Below are positions 55,350-63,197 of a stretch of DNA of 64,000 nt, one piece after another. Origin of the DNA: Thermoanaerobaculia bacterium (GTDB lineage: Bacteria; Acidobacteriota; Thermoanaerobaculia; UBA5066; Gp7-AA6). Location of the stretch: positions 4,482 to 68,481 of the forward strand of contig DATBFU010000153.1 of the NCBI GenBank assembly GCA_036558325.1. The letters run 5' to 3'. Under the pieces are notes generated by a model. The model was not told the origin of the DNA. It made no database searches and saw only the letters and a program-made list of their open reading frames with translations. The translations under genes were made by a program, and so were the position numbers. Every line of letters starts with the position of its first letter. Within the stretch, counting starts at the first letter, position 1.

Positions 55350-55601
55350 TTAAAGGAATTTGTCGCCCAAGTCCAACCTGTCCCTCCCCAGGCCATCTGA
55401 CACTTTCTGTCGTCCGATCTCCACTTTTTTCCACACGGAGGGCAGGCATTCGGGAGAGCAAAGCTGACGACACCCCCTTCCGCCAGCCGACTGGAAAACA
55501 ATCGCCGGATCCGGCCCGAGCGGCTCGCCGCAGGCCTCGCAGCGAGGCGGTTTGCACGCCTCTCTTCGCCCTCCGAGAATCCGATCCAGACGATGCCACA
55601 T
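55350..55601 (-). CDS. Small Cys6 protein with a TRASH/zf-FCS-like metal-binding pattern (83 aa)
   Basis: MWHRLDRILGGRREACKPPRCEACGEPLGPDPAIVFQSAGGRGCRQLCSPEC... gives C21-x2-C24-x19-C44-x3-C48 plus an LCSPEC tail. AGGAG lies 7 nt upstream of the ATG. Many codons end in A/T, unlike the flanking genes. Confidence 0.45.
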   Translation of the reverse strand: MWHRLDRILGGRREACKPPRCEACGEPLGPDPAIVFQSAGGRGCRQLCSPECLPSVWKKVEIGRQKVSDGLGRDRLDLGDKFL

Positions 55602-55676
55602 GGGCAGGCTCCTCGAACGGAAGTCTCGGCCGTCCTGTCGGACAAATGCCGTCCGAGGGGATCGGAGGCCGTGAGG

Positions 55677-55703
55677 TGTCGATCCGGGGCGATCCTGTTC
55701 GAC
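55677..55703 (+). promoter_or_regulatory. Candidate ECF42-type promoter TGTCGA-N17-CGAC upstream of the DGPF gene
   Basis: TGTCGAtccggggcgatcctgttCGAC ends 24 nt before ATG 55728. From memory, ECF42 target promoters have a TGTCGA-like -35 and a CGTC/CGAC-like -10; the exact spacing needs checking. Confidence 0.4.
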
Positions 55704-55727
55704 GGACATGGTGAAAAGGAGGCTCCG

Positions 55728-56081
55728 ATGCGCTACATGCTCCTCATCTACGATCGCGAAGTCGACTGGGCCAAGCTCGCCGAGAAGGACAAGGGCCGGC
55801 TCTATCAGGAGTACGGCGCCTTCACCGAGGCCATCAAGAAGAGCGGCCACTACAGGGCGGGCGATCCGCTCCATCCGACGCCGAAGGCCGCCACGGTGCG
55901 CGTGCGGGACGGCAAGACGGTGACGACCGACGGGCCCTTCGCCGAGACGCGCGAACAGCTCGGCGGCTATTACATCGTGGCGGCGGAGGACCTCGGCGAG
56001 GCCGCGTCGATCGCGGCCCGAATTCCGACATCGCGGACCGGCTCGATCGAGGTGCGGCCGATCCTGGAGATGGCCGGCTGA
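55728..56081 (+). CDS. YCII-related (DGPF) domain protein
   Basis: MRYMLLIY N-terminus and [19 protein letters not shown] (the DGPF motif). AAAGGAGG Shine-Dalgarno upstream. 117 aa. Confidence 0.85.
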   Translation: MRYMLLIYDREVDWAKLAEKDKGRLYQEYGAFTEAIKKSGHYRAGDPLHPTPKAATVRVRDGKTVTTDGPFAETREQLGGYYIVAAEDLGEAASIAARIPTSRTGSIEVRPILEMAG

Positions 56082-57346
56082 GCGTCGAGAAGGTCTATCG
56101 GGAGGAGAGAGGGCGGATCCTCGCGACCCTCATTCGCCTCGTCGGCGACTTCGATCTCGCCGAGGAGATGATGCACGAGGCGTTTGCGGCCGCCCTCGAG
56201 CAGTGGGGAGGGCACGGCACGCCGGAGAATCCGCGCGCGTGGCTGGTGTCGACGGCGCGGCACAAGGCGATCGACCGGCTCCGGCGGGACGCGCGCTTCC
56301 GCGAGAAGCGGGACGAGCTCGCGCACTGGGCGGCGCTCGCCGAGGGCGCGCCGCCGGACTTCGCCGATCCCGACGACCGCCGCGTCGCCGACGACCGGCT
56401 CCGCCTCATCTTCACGTGCTGCCACCCCGCGCTCGCGCCCGAGGCGCAAATCGCCCTGACCCTGAAGACGCTCGGAGGGCTGTCCACGGAGGAGATTGCC
56501 CGCGCGTTTCTCGCCGAGACACCGGCCATGGCGCAGCGTCTCGTGCGGGCGAAGCAGAAGATCCGCCGCGCGGGAATTCCCTATCGCGTGCCTTCCGAGC
56601 AGGCCCTGCCGGAGCGCCTGGACGCCGTGCTCGCGGTTCTTTATCTGATCTTCAACGAGGGCTACGCCGCGACTTCGGGTGCCTCACTCGTTCGGGCGGA
56701 GCTCACGGCGGAGGCGATCCGCCTCGCGCGGCTCGTCGTGGAGCTCGTGCCGCGGCGGCCAGAAGCGCGCGCGCTCCTCGCGCTCATGTTGCTCCACGAT
56801 TCCCGGCGCCGGGCCCGCACCGGCCCGGACGGCGAGATCGTGCTCCTCGAGGACCAGGACCGCCATCTCTGGGACCGCGAGGAGATCCGCGAGGGCATCG
56901 CCCTGACGCGTGCCGCGCTCGCGGAAGGCGGCCCGGGAAACTACGCCCTTCAGGCGGCGATCGCCGCGGTCCACGCGGAGTCCGCGCGCCCCGACGAGAC
57001 CGACTGGCCGCAGATCGCGCTCCTCTACCGGGAGCTGCTCGATCGCCATCCTTCGCCCGTCGTCGCGTTGAACCACGCCGCCGCCGTGGCGGAAGCCTCC
57101 GGACCGGAGGCGGGGCTCGAGCTCCTCGACGGCATCGCCATGCGCGGCGAGCTCGACTCCTACCACCTCCTCCCCGCCGCGCGGGGACACCTCCTCGCGC
57201 GACTCGGGCGCCACGGAGAGGCGTCCGCCGCCTACCGGGAAGCGCTCGGCCTCGCGAGCAACGAGCCCGAGCGGCGCTTCCTCGAGCGCCGGCTCGGCGA
57301 CACCGAACGCGCCGCGGCCGCGCGGCAGGGCCGCCCGGCCGGCTGA
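56078..57346 (+). CDS. ECF sigma factor, ECF42-type, with a long C-terminal TPR-like extension
   Basis: Sigma2 region ([20 protein letters not shown]), sigma4 region ([32 protein letters not shown]) and a ~200 aa C-terminal extension ([29 protein letters not shown]). The conserved N-terminus [28 protein letters not shown] lies upstream of the first ATG (56168), so a CTG 56078 start is proposed. Confidence 0.8.
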   Translation: MSVEKVYREERGRILATLIRLVGDFDLAEEMMHEAFAAALEQWGGHGTPENPRAWLVSTARHKAIDRLRRDARFREKRDELAHWAALAEGAPPDFADPDDRRVADDRLRLIFTCCHPALAPEAQIALTLKTLGGLSTEEIARAFLAETPAMAQRLVRAKQKIRRAGIPYRVPSEQALPERLDAVLAVLYLIFNEGYAATSGASLVRAELTAEAIRLARLVVELVPRRPEARALLALMLLHDSRRRARTGPDGEIVLLEDQDRHLWDREEIREGIALTRAALAEGGPGNYALQAAIAAVHAESARPDETDWPQIALLYRELLDRHPSPVVALNHAAAVAEASGPEAGLELLDGIAMRGELDSYHLLPAARGHLLARLGRHGEASAAYREALGLASNEPERRFLERRLGDTERAAAARQGRPAG

Positions 57347-57370
57347 CCGATACGACGACGGGCCGCTCGC

Positions 57371-57376
57371 TATACT
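57371..57376 (+). promoter_or_regulatory. -10-like hexamer TATACT 8 nt upstream of GTG 57385 (leaderless-type arrangement)
   Basis: cgcTATACTgctgccccGTG with no Shine-Dalgarno. Confidence 0.35.
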
Positions 57377-57384
57377 GCTGCCCC

Positions 57385-58260
57385 GTGAAGCGGCTCGGGC
57401 GACTCGCTCTCCTCGCCGCCGCCGCGGGTTGCGCGCATCGCGCCGCGGCGCCGGCGTCGCCGGTCGCCGCCGTCGCGGGCCCGGCCGGACGGCTCGCCGT
57501 CGACGACGGGGGATCGGGGAGTCGGGCGCCGGTCCTCTTCGTGCACGGAAACGGCTCGAACAAGACGCAATGGGCCGCGCAGCTCGCGCATCTGCGCCCG
57601 ACGCGCCGCGCGGCCGCGCTCGATCTGCGAGGAATGGGCGCTTCCGCGCCGGCCTCCGACGGCGACTATTCGGTCGAGGCGTTCGCGGCGGACGTCGCGG
57701 CGGTCGCCGACGCGCTCTCGCTCCGCCGCTTCGTTCTCGTCGGTCACAGCTTCGGCGGGGCGGTCGTCTGCGCCTACGCCGGCCGCCATCCCGGGCGGCT
57801 GGCCGGGCTCGTCTTCGCCGACGTCGCGGGCGATTTGTCCGCGACGCCGACCGAAGACGTCGAGACGTTGAAGCGCGGCCTCGCACCCGAGAAGTACGCG
57901 GCCTTCACGGACGCCTGGTTCGCGGGGATCCTGAAGGACGCCGCGCCGGCGACCCGCGAGGCCGTGATGCGCTCGCTCCACGCGACGCCGCGCGAGGTCT
58001 TCACGGGCGCGACCCTCGGACTCTACGCATTCCGGCTCGACGAATCGCTCGCGCGCTACCCGGGTCCCCGGCTCTCGATCGCGTCCTACCTGGCCGAGAG
58101 CCCTTTCGCGATCCACAAGACGGTGCCCGGCGTTCCGGTGCGCGTCATCTCCGGCGCCAGCCACTGGCTGATGATGGACAAGGCCGACGAGTTCGACCGC
58201 GATCTCGACGACTTCATCGCGGAGCTCGACCGACTCTCCCCGGAAGGAGGCGTTTCATGA
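57385..58260 (+). CDS. Alpha/beta hydrolase, probable lipoprotein
   Basis: Lipobox-like LLAAAAGC, VLFVHGNGSN, and the nucleophile elbow VGHSFGG. It is the C-terminal part of track ORF 56203..58260. Confidence 0.8.
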   Translation: MKRLGRLALLAAAAGCAHRAAAPASPVAAVAGPAGRLAVDDGGSGSRAPVLFVHGNGSNKTQWAAQLAHLRPTRRAAALDLRGMGASAPASDGDYSVEAFAADVAAVADALSLRRFVLVGHSFGGAVVCAYAGRHPGRLAGLVFADVAGDLSATPTEDVETLKRGLAPEKYAAFTDAWFAGILKDAAPATREAVMRSLHATPREVFTGATLGLYAFRLDESLARYPGPRLSIASYLAESPFAIHKTVPGVPVRVISGASHWLMMDKADEFDRDLDDFIAELDRLSPEGGVS

Positions 58261-60059
58261 CATCCCTCGCCCGCCGGTCCTTCACCCTCGCCGCCGCGGC
58301 GCTCGCGATGCTCGCGATTCCTCGCCCGCTGCCGGCCGCCGCGGAGACCGCCGACGCCGCCGCCGCGCGCGTCGTCTTCGAGAAGAACCTCGATGCGATC
58401 CGCCGGCGCGACCGCGCGGCATACCTCGCGTGCTATCTCGAGGCGCCGAGCCTCGCCCGCACCGGGCCGACCGGGCCGGCCCTCGGCTACGACGACTTCG
58501 TCAAGCAGGCCGGCGAGAAGTGGCCGGATCTCTTCGAGGCGTCGGATCTGCGTCTCATGCCGTTGCGGCCGGGCCTCGTCTACGGCACGTACCGCTATCG
58601 CGTGAAGTACGGCAACGACGAGCATCGCGGGCTCTCCGAGCGCCTCTTCGTGCGGACCGGCACGCAGTGGAAGATCGCGGTGACGAGCGCCTTCGACGCG
58701 CCGCCGGGCACGCCCGCTCCGCCGCGCGCGCTGAAGGGCGCGACGCTCGTGGACGGCAACGGCGGTCCCCCGATCGCGAACGCCGTCGTCGTCCTGCGCG
58801 ACGGCAAGATCGACTGCGCCGGCGCCGACTGCGCGATCCCCGAGGGCGTCGACGTGACGGACGTCTCCGGTCTCTGGGTCGTCCCGGGACTGATCGACGC
58901 GCACGTCCACTTCTCGCAGACGGGTTGGGCCGACGGGCGTCCCGACGCCTTCGACGTGCGCGACCGCTATCCCTACGAGAAGACGGAGGCCGATCTCGCC
59001 GCGCATCCCGAGCGATTCTTCCGGTCCCAGCTCTGCTCGGGAATCACGTCGGTCTTCGACGTCGGAGGCTATCCCTGGACGATCACGATGGCGAAGGCGC
59101 ATCGCGACGACCCGAGCGCCCCGCGCGTCGAGGCGGCCGGGCCGCTGCTCTCGACGGCGGACCACTGGGTGAACCTGCCGGCCGAACGCCAGTTCATCTT
59201 TCTGAAGGACGCCGACGCGGGACGCGAAGGCGCCCGCTACCTCGCGGCGCGCGGCGCGGACGGCATCAAGATCTGGTACATCGTGAGCGCCGAGCATCCG
59301 GTCGACGCCACGGCCCCCGCGGTGCTCGCGGCGGGCGAGGAAGCGAAGAAGCTCGGGGTCCCTCTCCTCGTTCACGCGACCGGCCTCGCCGAGGCGAAGG
59401 TGGCGCTCCAGGCCGGCGCGAAGCTCCTCGTCCACAGCGTTTTCGATCTGCCCGTCGACGACGAGTTTCTGGCGCTCGCCAAACGGAACGGAACGATCTA
59501 CTGTCCGACGCTCACGGTGGTCGGCGGCTACGCGCGCCTCGCCCAGGCGGCGATCTCCAAGAGAGCGCCGGCGGTCGACGATCCGAACGGCTGCGTCGAT
59601 CCGGCGACGCTCGCGAAGGTCGCCGAGAGCGTCTCCGCGCCGGCGCCGCCGGCCGACCGCGCGGCGGCGATGGAGAAGCGGACCGCCGACGGCCTGCGCG
59701 TCGGCTCGGCCAACCTTGCCCGCGTCGCGAAGGCGGGCATTCCGATCGCCATGGGGACCGACGCCGGGAATCCCCTCACGCTTCACGGGCCGTCGATCTA
59801 CGCCGAGATGGAAGCGATGCAGGCGGCGGGCCTCACGCCGATGCAGGTGCTCATCGCCTCGACGCGGGGCGGCGCGCTCGCGATGGGCGTCGAGAAGAAG
59901 ACGGGCACGATCGAGAAGGGAAAGGACGCGGACCTGCTCGTCGTCGGCGCCGATCCGACGCGGGACGTCGCGAACCTGCGGCAGGTGCGCTTCGTCGTGC
60001 GCGCGGGCGTCGTGCGCACGATCGCCGAGCTCCACGCCGCCGCGTCGAGCAAAGACTAG
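58257..60059 (+). CDS. Secreted amidohydrolase family protein with an N-terminal SnoaL/DUF4440-like domain
   Basis: Signal peptide. The N-terminal ~140 aa form a small alpha+beta-type domain (WKIAVTSAFD). The metal-dependent hydrolase core has VPGLIDAHVHF and GTDAGN. ATGA overlap with the upstream gene. Confidence 0.8.
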   Translation: MTSLARRSFTLAAAALAMLAIPRPLPAAAETADAAAARVVFEKNLDAIRRRDRAAYLACYLEAPSLARTGPTGPALGYDDFVKQAGEKWPDLFEASDLRLMPLRPGLVYGTYRYRVKYGNDEHRGLSERLFVRTGTQWKIAVTSAFDAPPGTPAPPRALKGATLVDGNGGPPIANAVVVLRDGKIDCAGADCAIPEGVDVTDVSGLWVVPGLIDAHVHFSQTGWADGRPDAFDVRDRYPYEKTEADLAAHPERFFRSQLCSGITSVFDVGGYPWTITMAKAHRDDPSAPRVEAAGPLLSTADHWVNLPAERQFIFLKDADAGREGARYLAARGADGIKIWYIVSAEHPVDATAPAVLAAGEEAKKLGVPLLVHATGLAEAKVALQAGAKLLVHSVFDLPVDDEFLALAKRNGTIYCPTLTVVGGYARLAQAAISKRAPAVDDPNGCVDPATLAKVAESVSAPAPPADRAAAMEKRTADGLRVGSANLARVAKAGIPIAMGTDAGNPLTLHGPSIYAEMEAMQAAGLTPMQVLIASTRGGALAMGVEKKTGTIEKGKDADLLVVGADPTRDVANLRQVRFVVRAGVVRTIAELHAAASSKD

Positions 60060-60069
60060 AATCGCCTCC

Positions 60070-61080
60070 GTGCCGGACGGAGGTCGTCCCGTCGCGATCG
60101 TCGGAGCGGGGCCGACGGGCATCGCCTGCGCGGCGGAGCTCGCGCGCCGCGAGGTCCCGGCGGTCTGCTACGAGAAGGGCTTTCTTCTCGACTCCCTCTA
60201 CCACTTTCCCGAAGAGATGCGCTGGTACTCGACGCGCGATCTTCTCGACATCGCCGGCGTCCCCTTCGGATGTCCCGAGCCCCACCCGACACGCCTCGAG
60301 GCGCTCGCCTACTATCGCGCCGTCGCCGAGCGCTTCGGCGTCGCGGTCGAGCCGGAGACGGAAGTCCGCGCCATCCGGCCGGACGGAGGCGGCGATGTCG
60401 AGATCGAGATCGCCCGCCGCGGGCAGATCGAGCGCCGGACCGCGGCCGCCGCCATCCTCGCGACGGGATTTTTCGGCAATCCGCGCCGCCTGGGCGTTCC
60501 GGGAGAGGACGGGCCGCACGTCCACCGACGGTATGTCTCGGGATATCCCTTCCACGGACGCGACGTCGTCGTCGTCGGAGGAAAAAACTCGGCGTGCGAG
60601 GCGGCCCTCGACCTCTATCGCCACGGAGCGCGCGTCACGCTGCTCGTCCGCGCGGCGCAGCTCTCCGAACGCGTCAAGTACTGGATCAAGCCGGACCTCG
60701 AGAACCGGATCCGGGCGGGTGCGATCCGCGCGTTCTTCGAGGCGCGCATCGTCGAGATCGCCGAGGAGTCGGTGCTCTTCGAAGACCCCGCGGGACGTCA
60801 CGCGGTCTCGGCGGCCGCCGTCTTTCCGCTGATCGGCTATGCGCCCGACTTCCCGCTCTTCGAGCGATGCGGCATCCGGCTCGAAGGCGCGGAGCGCATT
60901 CCCGCTCACGATCCCGAGACGCTCGAATCCAACGTGCCGGGCGTGTACCTTGCGGGCGCGATCCTCGGCGGAACCGAGATCGGCAAGATCTTCATCGAGA
61001 ACGGCCGGCATCATGCCGGAATGATCGCCGCGGCGATCGCGCAAAAGCTTCGGCCGCAGGCCGCGGAGAGGGAACGATGA
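60070..61080 (+). CDS. YpdA-like NAD(P)/FAD-dependent disulfide reductase (putative bacillithiol-disulfide reductase family)
   Basis: VAIVGAGPTGIACA and VVVVGGKNSACEAALDL dinucleotide motifs. There is no CxxC redox pair, as in YpdA-type enzymes. GTG start. Confidence 0.75.
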   Translation: MPDGGRPVAIVGAGPTGIACAAELARREVPAVCYEKGFLLDSLYHFPEEMRWYSTRDLLDIAGVPFGCPEPHPTRLEALAYYRAVAERFGVAVEPETEVRAIRPDGGGDVEIEIARRGQIERRTAAAAILATGFFGNPRRLGVPGEDGPHVHRRYVSGYPFHGRDVVVVGGKNSACEAALDLYRHGARVTLLVRAAQLSERVKYWIKPDLENRIRAGAIRAFFEARIVEIAEESVLFEDPAGRHAVSAAAVFPLIGYAPDFPLFERCGIRLEGAERIPAHDPETLESNVPGVYLAGAILGGTEIGKIFIENGRHHAGMIAAAIAQKLRPQAAERER

Positions 61081-61352
61081 TCGAAGACGACGACACCGAA
61101 TCCGGCGATCCGCACCGCGCCCGCGTCGACGAGGCGTTCGACTCCTTCGCGGACCGGCACGGCGGCCGCCTCGACCCGCCGGGCCAGGGACTGCTCGATC
61201 GCATGCGCTCGGCGGCGGCCGACCGCGACCGGGAGCGGCTGCGGGAGCATCTGGCCGAGGCGAAGGAGAAGCACGGCTGGCTCTACCGGGAGCTCGCGGA
61301 GCACCCGGCGCTCGCGACGCTGCTCGACGAGCTGGCTCTGTGGGGCTTCTGA
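61077..61352 (+). CDS. Small acidic hypothetical protein (DUF4404-like)
   Basis: 91 aa ending HLAEAKEKHGWLYRELAEHPALATLLDELALWGF. ATGA overlap with the upstream gene. The family assignment is from memory only. Confidence 0.5.
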   Translation: MIEDDDTESGDPHRARVDEAFDSFADRHGGRLDPPGQGLLDRMRSAAADRDRERLREHLAEAKEKHGWLYRELAEHPALATLLDELALWGF

Positions 61353-63154
61353 AGGGGAAGGCGGCCCCCGCCGCGGCGTGCGCTGCCGCGCTCGCGCTCC
61401 TTCTCTCCCTTTCTCTCTTCTGCACGGCGCCGCGTTCCCCCAGCCCGCCGGGGCGGACGGGAGCGGCGCCGCACGCCGGCCGGGCGGTGCTCGTATCCTT
61501 CGACGGCGTCTCGGCGGACCTTCTCTACGAGCTCCTGGCGCAGCCGGGGGCGCTCCCGTCCGGCGGTTATCGCCGCATCGCGGAGCGCGGCCTCGCGGCC
61601 CGCCGCTCGCGCCCGCCGACGCCGTCGCTCACGGCGCCCTCGCACGTCACCCACGTCACCGGAGCGCTGCCGCAGGCGACGGGCATCGTGGCGAACTGGA
61701 TGCTCGACCGATCGAAGCCGTTCGGCGAGGAGGTCTCGGGGTTCGACGCGCCGATCCGCGCGGACACGCTCTGGCAGGCGGCGCGCCGGCAGGGCAAGCG
61801 CGTCGGCGTCCTCCTCTATCCGGGCGGCGACGGCGCGACGCCCGAGCGCACCGCCGATTTCGGTCTCACGTTCCATCCGAAGAAATCCGCTCCCGCGCGG
61901 TTCGTCCGCCTCGCCGCGACCGACTGGAGCGACGCGGCGGCCAGCCGAACGCGGAGCTTCTCGCCCCCGCGCGCGTCGCGGCTCGCGTTTCCGCCGACGG
62001 GCCACGCCGCGGCGCTCGTCGCCGTCGATACGACCGACGACGGCCGGGTGAATTACGACCGCCTGGAGATCGCCCCCGAGGCGGGAGCGCCCGGGACCGT
62101 GCGCATCGGCGAGTGGTTCGCCGCGGAGGCCGCGGACGGGGAGCGGCGCACGGGCGCTTGGTGCAAACTTCTCTCGCTTTCTCCCGATCTCTCCGAGACC
62201 GAGATTTACGCGGGCGTCCTCGAGTCCACGGACGCCTACCCCGACTCGTTCCGGAGTGACCTCGACGGGAGCGCGGGCTTCTGGCCGGGCGTGCCCGACG
62301 CCGACCACACGGGCGCGAAGTCTCACCCGGAGATCTACGTCGAACAGGCCGAGCGGCTGGCCGACTTCCTGACGCGCGCGCAGGTCCGGGCGATCGCGCG
62401 CGGCGACTGGGATCTCCTGCTCCTCTATCAGCCGGAGGTGGACGAGATCGAGCATCCGTTCTTCTTGACCGAGCCGCGCCAGGAGGGATATTCGCCCGAG
62501 CGCGCCGCCGTCTTCCGCGGCTACGTCGAGAAGGCCTATGCGATGGCCGACCGCGCGCTCGACGCGATCGCGAAATCGCTCTCGGCGTCGGACGCGCTCT
62601 TCGTGACGTCCGATCACGGGATGGTCCCGATTTGGACCACGATCTATCCGAACGAGATCCTGCGGCAGGCGGGATTCACGCGGATGTCGGGCGGGGAGAC
62701 GATCGATCCTTCCTCGGCGGCCGCCGCGATCGCCGAGAGCGGTATCGCGAACGTCTATCTCAATCCGCGCGCGGCCCCGACGGACGCGCTCGCGCGCATC
62801 GAGAAGCTGTTCACCGACTTCCGCGTCGGCGGCGAATCGCCCTTCGACCGGATCGTTCGCCGCGCCGACGCGGGCCCGCTCGGCCTCGATGCTCCGGAGT
62901 CGGGCGACCTGATCGTCATCGCGCGCCCGGGATTCAACTTCTCGACGTCCGCCTTCGCGGGCAAGACCTCCGGCGTCCCGAAGAACTACGGCGGCCACGG
63001 CTACCGGAACGCGTTCGCGCCGCTCGACGCGACGTTCTTCGCGGCGGGACCGGGGATTGCGCCGGCCCGGGTGGACGAGTTCCCGTCCTGGCGCATCGCG
63101 TCCTTCGTCTGCCGGACCCTGGGCATCGACCCGCCCCGCGACGCCGCGCCGTGA
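61340..63154 (+). CDS. Alkaline phosphatase superfamily nucleotide pyrophosphatase/phosphodiesterase (NPP-like), secreted
   Basis: VLVSFDGVSADLL and TPSLTAPSHVTHVTG (nucleophile Thr context), plus the distal metal ligands SDHGM and GGHGY. GTG start overlaps the preceding gene by 13 nt. Confidence 0.8.
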   Translation: MGLLKGKAAPAAACAAALALLLSLSLFCTAPRSPSPPGRTGAAPHAGRAVLVSFDGVSADLLYELLAQPGALPSGGYRRIAERGLAARRSRPPTPSLTAPSHVTHVTGALPQATGIVANWMLDRSKPFGEEVSGFDAPIRADTLWQAARRQGKRVGVLLYPGGDGATPERTADFGLTFHPKKSAPARFVRLAATDWSDAAASRTRSFSPPRASRLAFPPTGHAAALVAVDTTDDGRVNYDRLEIAPEAGAPGTVRIGEWFAAEAADGERRTGAWCKLLSLSPDLSETEIYAGVLESTDAYPDSFRSDLDGSAGFWPGVPDADHTGAKSHPEIYVEQAERLADFLTRAQVRAIARGDWDLLLLYQPEVDEIEHPFFLTEPRQEGYSPERAAVFRGYVEKAYAMADRALDAIAKSLSASDALFVTSDHGMVPIWTTIYPNEILRQAGFTRMSGGETIDPSSAAAAIAESGIANVYLNPRAAPTDALARIEKLFTDFRVGGESPFDRIVRRADAGPLGLDAPESGDLIVIARPGFNFSTSAFAGKTSGVPKNYGGHGYRNAFAPLDATFFAAGPGIAPARVDEFPSWRIASFVCRTLGIDPPRDAAP

Positions 63155-63197
63155 CGCCCGAAGGCCCGCGTCCGTACGCGTTAGAGTGTGGCCGGAA

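Noticed and set aside
55292-55727. Lower-GC island as a mobile element or insertion sequence remnant
   Set aside because: No transposase or integrase, no terminal inverted repeats or target duplications that I could find, and no adjacent tRNA. I kept it as a compositional anomaly in the findings.
56203-57384. 5' part of the 685-aa ORF 56203-58260
   Set aside because: It is an out-of-frame read through the sigma factor gene with Arg/Pro/Gly-rich translation. Only the part from GTG 57385 onward (alpha/beta hydrolase) is protein-like.
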